From a virus (taxonomy: Duplodnaviria > Caudoviricetes): DNA of 34,324 nt. The stretch spans positions 1-34,324 of IMG/VR virus record IMGVR_UViG_3300036794_000068. One strand, 5' to 3'. This document shows positions 1 through 7,898 of this stretch, piece by piece. The notes under the pieces were generated by a model. That model searched no databases. It was not told the origin of the DNA and saw only the letters and a program-made list of their open reading frames with translations. Numbering within the stretch: position 1 is the first letter of the stretch; each line of letters opens with the position of its first letter. The translations under genes were made by a program, and so were the position numbers.

Positions 1-142
1 TACCATTCTAACTAAGTCAAAGCTGGAGGGTGGCGTAACGACCGTAAAGTCCATGAGTATTCAGTGCCTGCACATAAACACTCATTGCCAGCTTTTAATT
101 TGAAATAAAACTTGAAATAAATATAGAGAAAAGAGAAATATC

Positions 143-331
143 ATGGAAAAAGAACCAATTTTACAAATACAAGAAAAACCAAAACGCCAACCACGCAAAC
201 CAATGTTTGCTAGTAAAGATGTTTATGAACAAATTCTAGCTATTGCAGCTGAATCAGGTCGAGGTGTTCAAGAAGTTACTGATATGATGTTGCATTTTGC
301 AGCAGAACATATTGAAATTATAGGATTTTAG
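143..331 (+). CDS. Small early protein, possibly ribbon-helix-helix DNA-binding
   Basis: 62 aa ORF with purine-rich upstream region; strand-helix-helix-like pattern PMFASKDVYEQILAIAAESGRGVQEVTDMML. Confidence 0.6.
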   Translation: MEKEPILQIQEKPKRQPRKPMFASKDVYEQILAIAAESGRGVQEVTDMMLHFAAEHIEIIGF

Positions 332-343
332 AAGGCGTGATTT

Positions 344-1183
344 ATGGCACAAAGAAGAATGTTTAGTAAAAAAATTGTTGAAACAGATTTCTTTATGGAA
401 ATGTCCCCAACAGCAAAATTACTCTATTTTTACTTAAATATGAGTGCCGATGATGATGGCTTTGTTGGAAATCCTAAAACAATTAAATTGATTAGTGGAG
501 CTACTGATGATGACTTAAAAATACTTATTGCCAAACAGTTTATTATTCCATTTGATAGCGGAGTTATTGTGATAAAGGATTGGAAAATCCACAATTATAT
601 TCAAAATGATAGGTACAACAAAACCCAGTATATCAAGGAAAAAGGCCAATTAAGGGTAGAAGAAAATGGGACATACGAAAAAATGTATCCAGAATGTATC
701 CAAAATGTATCCAGTTTGGATACACAGGTTAGGTTAGGTAAGGTAAGGTTAGGTAAGAGTAAGAGTAAGGATAAAAATACTATGTCAGATAAATCTGACG
801 ATGTTATTCCTTATTCTGAAATTTTAAATTATCTAAATAAAAAAACTAACCGTAGCTTTAGGAATGTTGAGGCTAATAAAAAGTTAATCAAGTCAAGGTG
901 GAATGAAGGCTATAAGCTAGATGACTTCAAAACAGTCATTGACAACATGGTCGTTAATTGGTCGGGTAAAAACTTTAATGGAGTGCCTGCAGAAAATTAT
1001 TTGCAGCCGAAAACGCTATTCTCTAACAAGTTTGACAGCTATCTTAATCAGACACAGATTAAAAGTACAAATAATAAAGTTGTCAAATCTGTACCTAGTT
1101 GGTCTAATCAAAGATTTGAAAAAGAAGAAGAAACAATGACAGCAGAAGAATTCGAGGAATACATGAATGGCTTGGACTCTTAA
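344..1183 (+). CDS. Phage replication initiator (replisome organizer N-terminus, conserved phage C-terminal domain)
   Basis: N-terminus MAQRRMFSKKIVETDFFMEM..LYFYLNMSADDDGFV; C-terminal YL.P.TLF..KFDSYLNQ motif; internal iteron-like repeats. Confidence 0.9.
   Translation: MAQRRMFSKKIVETDFFMEMSPTAKLLYFYLNMSADDDGFVGNPKTIKLISGATDDDLKILIAKQFIIPFDSGVIVIKDWKIHNYIQNDRYNKTQYIKEKGQLRVEENGTYEKMYPECIQNVSSLDTQVRLGKVRLGKSKSKDKNTMSDKSDDVIPYSEILNYLNKKTNRSFRNVEANKKLIKSRWNEGYKLDDFKTVIDNMVVNWSGKNFNGVPAENYLQPKTLFSNKFDSYLNQTQIKSTNNKVVKSVPSWSNQRFEKEEETMTAEEFEEYMNGLDS
682..770. repeat. Probable phage origin of replication (iterons inside the initiator gene)
   Basis: AATGTATCCA at 682, 693 and 704 (11-bp period), inverted TGGATACA at 717-724, then AGGTT/AGGTA/AGAGTA short repeats to 770. 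Confidence 0.75.
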
Positions 1184-1490
1184 AAAAAAGGCTCTTGATG
1201 AGGGGCTATCAGAATATTATCGTAGCTTTATTCCAGGAATTACTCATAAACAGTATTGTCGATATGTCGAAAAGGCTTATAAAGAAGAAATAGTATTAAG
1301 CCCGATCACTTTTATCGCAATCGTTAAAGGTATTGACAATGAAAAAGCAACCGAAATATTCTTTGAAAAAAGTAAAGAATTAACAGATTCAGGAAAAATA
1401 CCAGTTCCTGTTCCTATCGTCCAGGTTAAGAAAATCAGCAATGAAGTGGCAGCTGAAATAATGAGAGATGGTGAAGTAAGTGAAGTTTGA
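1167..1490 (+). CDS. Hypothetical phage replication-region protein
   Basis: 107 aa ORF overlapping the initiator end; GAGG upstream. Confidence 0.7.
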   Translation: MAWTLKKKALDEGLSEYYRSFIPGITHKQYCRYVEKAYKEEIVLSPITFIAIVKGIDNEKATEIFFEKSKELTDSGKIPVPVPIVQVKKISNEVAAEIMRDGEVSEV

Positions 1491-1516
1491 AATAGCAATG
1501 AAGCGAGGTAAAGGAC

Positions 1517-1756
1517 ATGTCCGCATTTAGATTATTCCCTTTGTTTAAACTGTATAACATAGCTAAAAAGGCGAAATATGACGGTTTAGGAGACAAGGAA
1601 GTACATATTAACGAGCGAGCAAAGTATAAACACGAGTTGGTTGAGATTTACAGAGACATCTGTTGGTTGTATAACGACAAAGAGAAAATGACGTGGGCTG
1701 AATTAGACGATTTTCTCTACAACCAGCTTAAAGATGTCGCGATTGTGTTTGGATAG
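1517..1756 (+). CDS. Hypothetical phage protein
   Basis: 79 aa ORF, GAGGT upstream. Confidence 0.7.
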   Translation: MSAFRLFPLFKLYNIAKKAKYDGLGDKEVHINERAKYKHELVEIYRDICWLYNDKEKMTWAELDDFLYNQLKDVAIVFG

Positions 1757-1863
1757 CTCTAATTCATGAAAAATACGGTTACATTGAGCGTTTAAACCAT
1801 TTCATGGATAATTTATCAAGAACAAGATAAAAGTGCTTAGAAACGAAAATATGAGGTTTTAAA

Positions 1864-2076
1864 ATGTTTACTAAAAACGAAATAAAAAGAGGCGATAAGA
1901 TTTGTTTTAACGACAGTGATTTTCTAGAAGTTTTTGAAGTAACACCCAAGTATCTTGTTGTTGGGATAAACCAATATATTAAAAAGTCTTACAGACTTTC
2001 AGATTTTAGAGTTGTAAAGATAAACGGTAGATATCACGCATGCACACGCTTAGACAGCGTTTGGAACGAAAAATAA
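1864..2076 (+). CDS. Hypothetical phage protein
   Basis: 70 aa ORF, GAGGT RBS. Confidence 0.7.
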   Translation: MFTKNEIKRGDKICFNDSDFLEVFEVTPKYLVVGINQYIKKSYRLSDFRVVKINGRYHACTRLDSVWNEK

Positions 2077-2093
2077 ATTGAAGGAGCAGCTAG

Positions 2094-2264
2094 ATGAAGT
2101 GTGAAAAATGTGGTAACAAAATAGATTGTGATTGTAGGGGATGCCATGAGTGCCATCCAGAATTTACTTGTGAAACTTGCGGATTTTGTCACATTGATAG
2201 TTGGGAAGCTGGAGCATGTTGGAGTTTAGAAAATGACCCGGATTATGACCCGTTCGATATTTAA
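2094..2264 (+). CDS. Cys-rich small protein (56 aa, 10 Cys, 3 His), probable metal-binding; not in the ORF track
   Basis: AAGGAG RBS at 2081; MKCEKCGNKIDCDCRGCHECHPEFTCETCGFCHIDSWEAGACWSLENDPDYDPFDI. Confidence 0.75.
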   Translation: MKCEKCGNKIDCDCRGCHECHPEFTCETCGFCHIDSWEAGACWSLENDPDYDPFDI

Positions 2265-2275
2265 GGAGCAGCTGG

Positions 2276-2464
2276 ATGAAAACAAGAGCTGAACTTTTCG
2301 AGGAAGTTGATGAAAAATACGGTATAAGAACAACTGCAAATTTTCATTTCAACCAAAACCAAGAATTGACGGATGAGGAATATCAAAAACAACTTGATTT
2401 TTATAAAAAAATGTCTGAAATTAATTGGGATGAGTTTGAAGATGATGAAAGTGATGATTTTTAA
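2276..2464 (+). CDS. Small acidic hypothetical phage protein
   Basis: AAGGAG RBS at 2263; 62 aa with acidic tail. Confidence 0.75.
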   Translation: MKTRAELFEEVDEKYGIRTTANFHFNQNQELTDEEYQKQLDFYKKMSEINWDEFEDDESDDF

Positions 2465-2490
2465 ATGAAAAAAGAAGAAGGACACGAAAA

Positions 2491-3153
2491 ATGACTAATG
2501 AAGTAGTAAAAAGACCATCATCTGAGCCAGTAACGATTGCAAATAATGCAAATCAGGCTCTATATAAAAATTGCCGTGAATGGCGAGAATACGCTTCAGC
2601 ATTAGAAGAAGATGTCAAAAATTTATCAGAACGAGTAATTGAGTTAGGCGAACAGTCACAGCCTGAAATTGAATCACTTAAATCTCAACTTATTTCAAGA
2701 GAAAAGCAAATCTTGCAGCTAAAAGAAGCGGATAAAGCTCAAGGAAAAGAAATAGTTAAACTCAAATCCCAACTCCAACAGCAAGCCCTGCCAGTCGTGC
2801 CTGAGTGTGTGGCTGAGTGGTATGAGTTTCATATGAATGGAACATTTTCAGCTGTAGTTGCTGCTTATGCTTTTAATAGAAACGATAAAGCTGTTGTTTG
2901 GCTTAAAGAAAATGGAGGTATGGATTTACTTTGTCAAATGAAGCTTAACGGCTACACAGTCGAAAAACCGCAGCTGTTCAAACTCATTTTCCCAAACAGT
3001 ACTGCTGTTTTACAAAAAGATGGAGAATTAAACTCTTTTGCGGATACGGTTTATAAAAGATATTTAATGGAAAATGCAATGACTGAACAAGAAATCAAGT
3101 CAATTGACGAGCGTTACTGGCAGTTTGCTGTGCCTGTGGAGGACGGAGAATGA
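2491..3153 (+). CDS. DUF1642-like phage protein with coiled-coil N-terminus
   Basis: LPVVPECVAEW..GYTVEKPQLF..TEQEIKSIDERYWQFAVPVE motifs typical of this family. Confidence 0.75.
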   Translation: MTNEVVKRPSSEPVTIANNANQALYKNCREWREYASALEEDVKNLSERVIELGEQSQPEIESLKSQLISREKQILQLKEADKAQGKEIVKLKSQLQQQALPVVPECVAEWYEFHMNGTFSAVVAAYAFNRNDKAVVWLKENGGMDLLCQMKLNGYTVEKPQLFKLIFPNSTAVLQKDGELNSFADTVYKRYLMENAMTEQEIKSIDERYWQFAVPVEDGE

Positions 3154-3407
3154 AAGAAGTAAATTGTACTAAATGTAACGAAGAATATGCGATTGATTTA
3201 AATAAACCTGAAGAATGGTATTGTCCATATTGCGACAACTTATATTCTTACACCACTGACAAACTTTCGTTTGAAAAACTCCAAGAACAGCTTAACACTG
3301 CGAAAAAGGCACTGACAGAAATATCAAAATTTTTACCAACAGAAGATGCACGGATTGCTATTGATGCACTCGCAGCGATTGGAGATGAAGGGAGCGGCGA
3401 TGAGTGA
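3150..3407 (+). CDS. Zn-ribbon hypothetical protein
   Basis: CTKC..CPYC; ATGA overlap with the previous gene. Confidence 0.7.
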   Translation: MKEVNCTKCNEEYAIDLNKPEEWYCPYCDNLYSYTTDKLSFEKLQEQLNTAKKALTEISKFLPTEDARIAIDALAAIGDEGSGDE

Positions 3408-3819
3408 GTATGACGAAGATTTAAAAAAAGCTTGCGAAATCTTAAATAATACAAAACTTGATGAGTCAGTGAAAATTGCAGTTGAAGCAATGGATGATGC
3501 AGCAATCGATATCGGAATGGAAGCAAATCAAGAATGGCATGCAAAAATAACTTTGGAATCTGCTTTGATGCACATTGCAGAAAAAGTTGCTAAACGTCCA
3601 TCGCTCACGATTCCGAAAAGCATTGCGGAAATGGTTGATAAACAAAAAACAACTCAATTGAAGTTCGATGATTATGATAATGAGTTTTTTCCATATTTCA
3701 AATGGTCAACAGAATTTGATAAGCAGCATGGAAAATTTTCAAGTAGTTATTTATTAGATGCCTACCTCGCAGGCAAAGCCCTCGGAGTTGATTTAGTGAA
3801 AGTGGTGGCTGATGATTGA
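3400..3819 (+). CDS. Hypothetical phage protein (start reassigned to ATG 3400)
   Basis: AAGGGAG RBS before ATG 3400; in frame with ORF 3346..3819. Confidence 0.7.
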   Translation: MSEYDEDLKKACEILNNTKLDESVKIAVEAMDDAAIDIGMEANQEWHAKITLESALMHIAEKVAKRPSLTIPKSIAEMVDKQKTTQLKFDDYDNEFFPYFKWSTEFDKQHGKFSSSYLLDAYLAGKALGVDLVKVVADD

Positions 3820-3934
3820 AACAGAGTTTAGAATTTGCACCAGATGTGGTGTTATGGATTTAAAGAATAATATGTGGAACATGAATTACGGATACTATCT
3901 CTGTGATGACTGTTACTGGGAAGACGAGGTCTGA
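3812..3934 (+). CDS. 40 aa Zn-finger-like protein; not in the ORF track
   Basis: MIETEFRICTRCGVMDLKNNMWNMNYGYYLCDDCYWEDEV; two CxxC; overlaps the previous stop. Confidence 0.55.
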   Translation: MIETEFRICTRCGVMDLKNNMWNMNYGYYLCDDCYWEDEV

Positions 3935-3936
3935 GA

Positions 3937-3999
3937 ATGACCGACAAACTAATATCGCTGGTCATCAAAGTGTGTGACTGGTGGGGAGGGATTGAATGA
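3937..3999 (+). CDS. 20 aa micro-ORF
   Basis: GAGGT RBS; MTDKLISLVIKVCDWWGGIE; followed by a coupled 13 aa ORF at 3996-4037. Confidence 0.4.
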   Translation: MTDKLISLVIKVCDWWGGIE

Positions 4000-4041
4000 C
4001 AGAAGCTGAAAAATGGCTTGATAAACATATGGATTGAACGC

Positions 4042-4066
4042 AAAAAAAGCCCAAGGCAATGGGCTT
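4042..4066 (-). terminator. Intrinsic terminator-like hairpin, U-tract on the minus strand
   Basis: AAGCCCA-aggcaa-TGGGCTT preceded by an A run on +. Confidence 0.55.
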
Positions 4067-4116
4067 CACTGAAAGATTTTCTAACTTAATTATACCACAA
4101 AAGGAGAAGTTGATTA

Positions 4117-4539
4117 ATGGCAGATAAGTTAGATAGAATGATTGGAGATTACGTTAATGGCAGACTTGAAGCCAGAATAAAATCAATTGAAAGCAGATAT
4201 CTTTATAAACAAAAAGTAGATAACTTAGGCATTCGTACAGCTTATTCTGGTGGTTCTGAACCTGAAAGTCACGTCTTAAATAAAGAAGCACTTGAAAATG
4301 ATGAGGAATTAATCAGATTAAGAGAATTGATAAGACAGATAGACATCTGGTATCTACCTTTGATTCAAGTTGAAAAAGAAGTAATCAAATTAAAGTGTGA
4401 AGGATATAATGGCAGATACTGGTATCAAGTCATGCAAGAATTAGAAGTAGAAGGATTTGATATTCGTCAGAAAAAAGCTAAAGCTGCTTATTATAAATTC
4501 AGAAACGACATCTATCCTTTTGTTACTCACTTGATTTGA
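4117..4539 (+). CDS. Late transcription regulator (ArpU/RinA/DUF722-like)
   Basis: 140 aa, last early gene before the terminase; AAGGAG RBS; C-terminal HTH-like W.QV..EL segment. Confidence 0.8.
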   Translation: MADKLDRMIGDYVNGRLEARIKSIESRYLYKQKVDNLGIRTAYSGGSEPESHVLNKEALENDEELIRLRELIRQIDIWYLPLIQVEKEVIKLKCEGYNGRYWYQVMQELEVEGFDIRQKKAKAAYYKFRNDIYPFVTHLI

Positions 4540-4542
4540 GGG

Positions 4543-4615
4543 GGACAAAATGGACAAAAAAAGAATCGAAATCGTCAAAAAACGGCACCTCGCCCTTTGT
4601 TTTTGATGATATACT
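4543..4615 (+). promoter_or_regulatory. Probable late promoter with activator-binding repeats
   Basis: GGACAAAA direct repeats at 4543 and 4552, GTCAAAA at 4574; extended -10 TGaTATACT at 4607-4615 with no good -35. Confidence 0.6.
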
Positions 4616-4642
4616 TGTATTATGTTATTTTGAAGAAAAGAG

Positions 4643-4668
4643 AAAGTCGAGAACAATCTCGGCTTTTT
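4643..4668 (+). terminator. Intrinsic terminator in the late leader
   Basis: AAAGTCGAGA-acaa-TCTCGGCTTT then TT. Confidence 0.6.
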
Positions 4669-4688
4669 AATTTGTTTGATTAAAATTT

Positions 4689-4751
4689 GAACAATGGAAG
4701 CTCATTTGGTTTATAACTAAAAAGCCGTGGGTTCAAATCCCACTTCCGCAA
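4689..4751 (+). pseudogene. Degenerate tRNA (initiator-Met-like scaffold, anticodon TAT), 5' acceptor strand lost
   Basis: D arm GAAC-aatggaa-GCTC; anticodon arm TTTGG-ttTATaa-CTAAA; 5-nt variable loop; perfect T arm GTGGG-TTCAAAT-CCCAC; 3' strand TTCCGCA-A has no 5' partner. Confidence 0.7.
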
Positions 4752-4793
4752 TTACGAAAAACTACACAAAACTACACAAAAGGGGGGATTTTT

Positions 4794-5195
4794 ATGATTT
4801 CTAAAAATCAGCGCAAAGCCTTGCAGCTATTGTTTGAAAATGAATTGACAGATGAAGAAATTGCGACAGAATGTAACATTTCAAGAAAGACCCTTTATGT
4901 GTGGAAAAATAATCCAGATTTTATAAATGAACTTCGGGATTTATCAATGAGGGGAATTAAAAATGAGGTTCCCGAATTAGTTAAAAATCTTAAGACTTTA
5001 GCGCTTGGGGCACGTTCTGAGATGGTTCGTTTTCAAGCAACAAAAGATTTATTAGATCGCGCAAATATCACAGAATTTGAAAATAAAGTAGAAGTTAAAG
5101 GTAATGTCGCAGTTAAAGTAAAGAATCCGTTTGAAGGGAAATCTGCAGCGGAAATGCTTGATTTAGCAAAAATGATATTCAAAGATGATGGATGA
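4794..5195 (+). CDS. terS: Terminase small subunit (N-terminal HTH)
   Basis: EIATECNISRKTLYVWKNNPDF HTH; directly upstream of the large subunit. Confidence 0.8.
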   Translation: MISKNQRKALQLLFENELTDEEIATECNISRKTLYVWKNNPDFINELRDLSMRGIKNEVPELVKNLKTLALGARSEMVRFQATKDLLDRANITEFENKVEVKGNVAVKVKNPFEGKSAAEMLDLAKMIFKDDG

Positions 5196-6594
5196 AAAAA
5201 GACAAATTAAAATATGGGCGGCGCAGACCAGCTTTTTTGCTTTTTGCGCCTTGACTATGCCTAAATTTTATAAAATCAATCGTAATTATCTCATTGATTT
5301 CTGCCAAGGCTTGCAGAATTTCATGGAAGATGATGAACATGATGTACTCATCATCAATGCACCGCCACGACATGGTAAATCATTAACCGTTTCAAAGTTT
5401 GCGCAATGGATGTTTGGAAAAAACAGAAATGTAAAAATTATGACTGGTTCATACAATGAAACTTTATCAACAAACTTTTCAAAGTCGGTCAGAAACTCAA
5501 TATCCGAATTGAAAGGGGATAGTGGCAAAATTGTTTACAGTGATATTTTTACAGACACAAAAATCGCTCGTGGCGATGGTGCAATGAATTTGTGGAGCTT
5601 AGAAGGTGGCTATAACAATTATTTAGCGACTTCTCCAACTGGTACAGCAACAGGGTTTGGCGCAAGTTTATTGATTATTGATGATCTTATCAAGAATGCT
5701 GAGGAAGCAAATAATGCAATAGTTCTTGAAAAACATTGGGATTGGTTTACAAACACAATGCTTTCGCGCCTTGAAGAAGGTGGTAAGATTATTATTGTCA
5801 TGACAAGATGGCATTCAAAAGACTTGGCAGGACGTGCAATAGAGAATCTGCCAGACTCTGGATACCACGTTAAACAAATCTCGTTTAAAGCTTATGATGA
5901 AGCCTCTGATAGTATGCTTTGTGATGAAATTCTAAGTAAGCAATCTTACAAGAGTCGGATTCAAACGATGGGTGCGGATATTGCAAGTGCAAACTACCAG
6001 CAAGAACCGATTGATATCAAAGGCAAGCTTTATCAGAAATTCCAAACTTACGACGGTGCACCGCCTGAATTTATCAAGATTTGGAACGTAACTGATACAG
6101 CGGACAAAGGGGCTGACTATCTTTGTTCAATCGTTTTTGGAGAAACGAAAGATAAGAAAGCTTATGTACTTGATGTTATTTATACAAAAGAACCAATGGA
6201 AATTACGGAAAAAGCACAAGCTAACCAAATCGTGCGTTATAATGTGAAACGAGCAAGATTTGAAGCTAACAATGGTGGGCGCGGTCATATGCGCGCGGTC
6301 ATGCGAATTACAAGAGACGATTTAGCATATTTCGGATGTGTCTTTGAGGATTTCAACCAGACGGCAAACAAAGAATCAAGAATTTTATCAAATTCATCAT
6401 GGATTGAGAATTATGTCTATTTTCCGAGCGATTGGCGTTTAAAATGGTCTGATTATTATAATGCCATGAATACTTATCAGCGTGAAGGTAAAAATAAACA
6501 TGATGATGCGCCAGACGCAACTACTTTAATTGCTGAATTACTCGGATCACGAGGAAAGGGCAATTTGAAAAAACGTTATGGAATAACTAATTAG
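5185..6594 (+). CDS. terL: Terminase large subunit
   Basis: Walker A PPRHGKS, Walker B LLIIDD, MTRW coupling motif, YQQEP, C-terminal HDDAPDA nuclease motif. Confidence 0.95.
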   Translation: MMDEKRQIKIWAAQTSFFAFCALTMPKFYKINRNYLIDFCQGLQNFMEDDEHDVLIINAPPRHGKSLTVSKFAQWMFGKNRNVKIMTGSYNETLSTNFSKSVRNSISELKGDSGKIVYSDIFTDTKIARGDGAMNLWSLEGGYNNYLATSPTGTATGFGASLLIIDDLIKNAEEANNAIVLEKHWDWFTNTMLSRLEEGGKIIIVMTRWHSKDLAGRAIENLPDSGYHVKQISFKAYDEASDSMLCDEILSKQSYKSRIQTMGADIASANYQQEPIDIKGKLYQKFQTYDGAPPEFIKIWNVTDTADKGADYLCSIVFGETKDKKAYVLDVIYTKEPMEITEKAQANQIVRYNVKRARFEANNGGRGHMRAVMRITRDDLAYFGCVFEDFNQTANKESRILSNSSWIENYVYFPSDWRLKWSDYYNAMNTYQREGKNKHDDAPDATTLIAELLGSRGKGNLKKRYGITN

Positions 6595-6606
6595 GAGGGT
6601 AAGCTT

Positions 6607-7896
6607 GTGACAAAGCGAAACAAGCGACATCAAAATAAAAACAAGCCTATTCAATCAAACCGATTGATTCAAGACAATGCAGCTTGGGGCAATGGTTACA
6701 TGCCGAGATATGGTATTGATGTTCCAGCACAAGGCGGTGGAATATTTGAGTACATGCAGCCGATTGAAGCTGATGAAATCTATCTGCACAATACTCTAGC
6801 GAAAAATATTGTTGATATTCCTGCAGGAGATTTAACTCGCAATGGTTGGACCTTGCAGATGGACAACAATAAACTGGCTGAGGAGATCATGAAGCGTATG
6901 CGTCAACTTGGGGATAAAAAAATCATGAAAAAATTGTTTGAATACAAACGACGTTATGGTATCGGCGCTGTTATTATCGGCACGGATGAGACAAACAAGA
7001 CTTCCCAAGAGCCGATTAATCTCCAATCAATGGGTAAAATTAAGTATTTAAAAGTTTTCAGTCGTAAAAAAATGGGCAATATTGAATATTCTTGTGATGT
7101 CATGGATGAGCATTATGATAAACCGATAAATCTATCCGTTGATGGAAACATCATTGATGCAAGCAGGCTATTGATAGAGCAGAATATGGAACTTGAAGAA
7201 GATATTTGGGGACGTTCAATCTTTGAGACCATTCTTAAAGAATTAAACGCATCAGAATCGACATTAGACAGCGTTGCACAAATTCTGTATGATTATGTGT
7301 TCAAGGTTTATAAGTCGCCTGACGCTGAAAATATGAGCCAAGAGGATAAATTATTGATTGGTATGGTCGCAAATGCAAAATTCAAAACTGATGGAATGGC
7401 AATTTTAACTGATGAAGAAGAGTTAAACCATGAGACAAAACAAGTGACAGGGATCAATCAATTGCTTGATTATCTTTGGGAACGATTAGCCGCTGCAGCA
7501 AGAATGCCAAAGTCAGTTATCATGGGACAAGAAACTGGTACACTAACTGGCGCACAGTACGATTTGATGAATTATTATTCACGAATTGCAGACATGCAAG
7601 AAAATGACCTCAGACCTCAGTTAGAACAATTGGTACGTTTACTCTTGTGGGCTAAAGATGAACCTGGCGGACAGATTGACCCTGATAGCATCAACTGGCA
7701 TATTGAATTCAATCCGCTTTATCAAGTGGACGGAGCAACAGATGCCACTATAAAATATAATCAGGCACAGGCTGACCAGATTTATATGCAAAATGGTGTG
7801 GTTACAGCGGAAGAGGTTCGTGATTCGCGTTTCGGGCATCTGGGTGTGGTTAATAGTTCAAAAACAAATGCGGATAGTGCGGATTGGGAGGAATAA
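6607..7896 (+). CDS. Portal protein (DUF1073-like)
   Basis: Follows terL; NIVDIPA.DLTRNG, AAARMPKSVIMG, D..NYY..I...QE motifs. Confidence 0.88.
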   Translation: MTKRNKRHQNKNKPIQSNRLIQDNAAWGNGYMPRYGIDVPAQGGGIFEYMQPIEADEIYLHNTLAKNIVDIPAGDLTRNGWTLQMDNNKLAEEIMKRMRQLGDKKIMKKLFEYKRRYGIGAVIIGTDETNKTSQEPINLQSMGKIKYLKVFSRKKMGNIEYSCDVMDEHYDKPINLSVDGNIIDASRLLIEQNMELEEDIWGRSIFETILKELNASESTLDSVAQILYDYVFKVYKSPDAENMSQEDKLLIGMVANAKFKTDGMAILTDEEELNHETKQVTGINQLLDYLWERLAAAARMPKSVIMGQETGTLTGAQYDLMNYYSRIADMQENDLRPQLEQLVRLLLWAKDEPGGQIDPDSINWHIEFNPLYQVDGATDATIKYNQAQADQIYMQNGVVTAEEVRDSRFGHLGVVNSSKTNADSADWEE

Positions 7897-7898
7897 AA

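Noticed and set aside
4680-4751. Functional tRNA-Ile(UAU)
   Set aside because: Acceptor stem cannot form (TTAAAAT versus TTCCGCA), so recorded as a pseudogene
6607-7896. Anti-CBASS Acb1 label sometimes attached to DUF1073 proteins
   Set aside because: No 2H phosphoesterase extension is visible; size and position fit a plain portal
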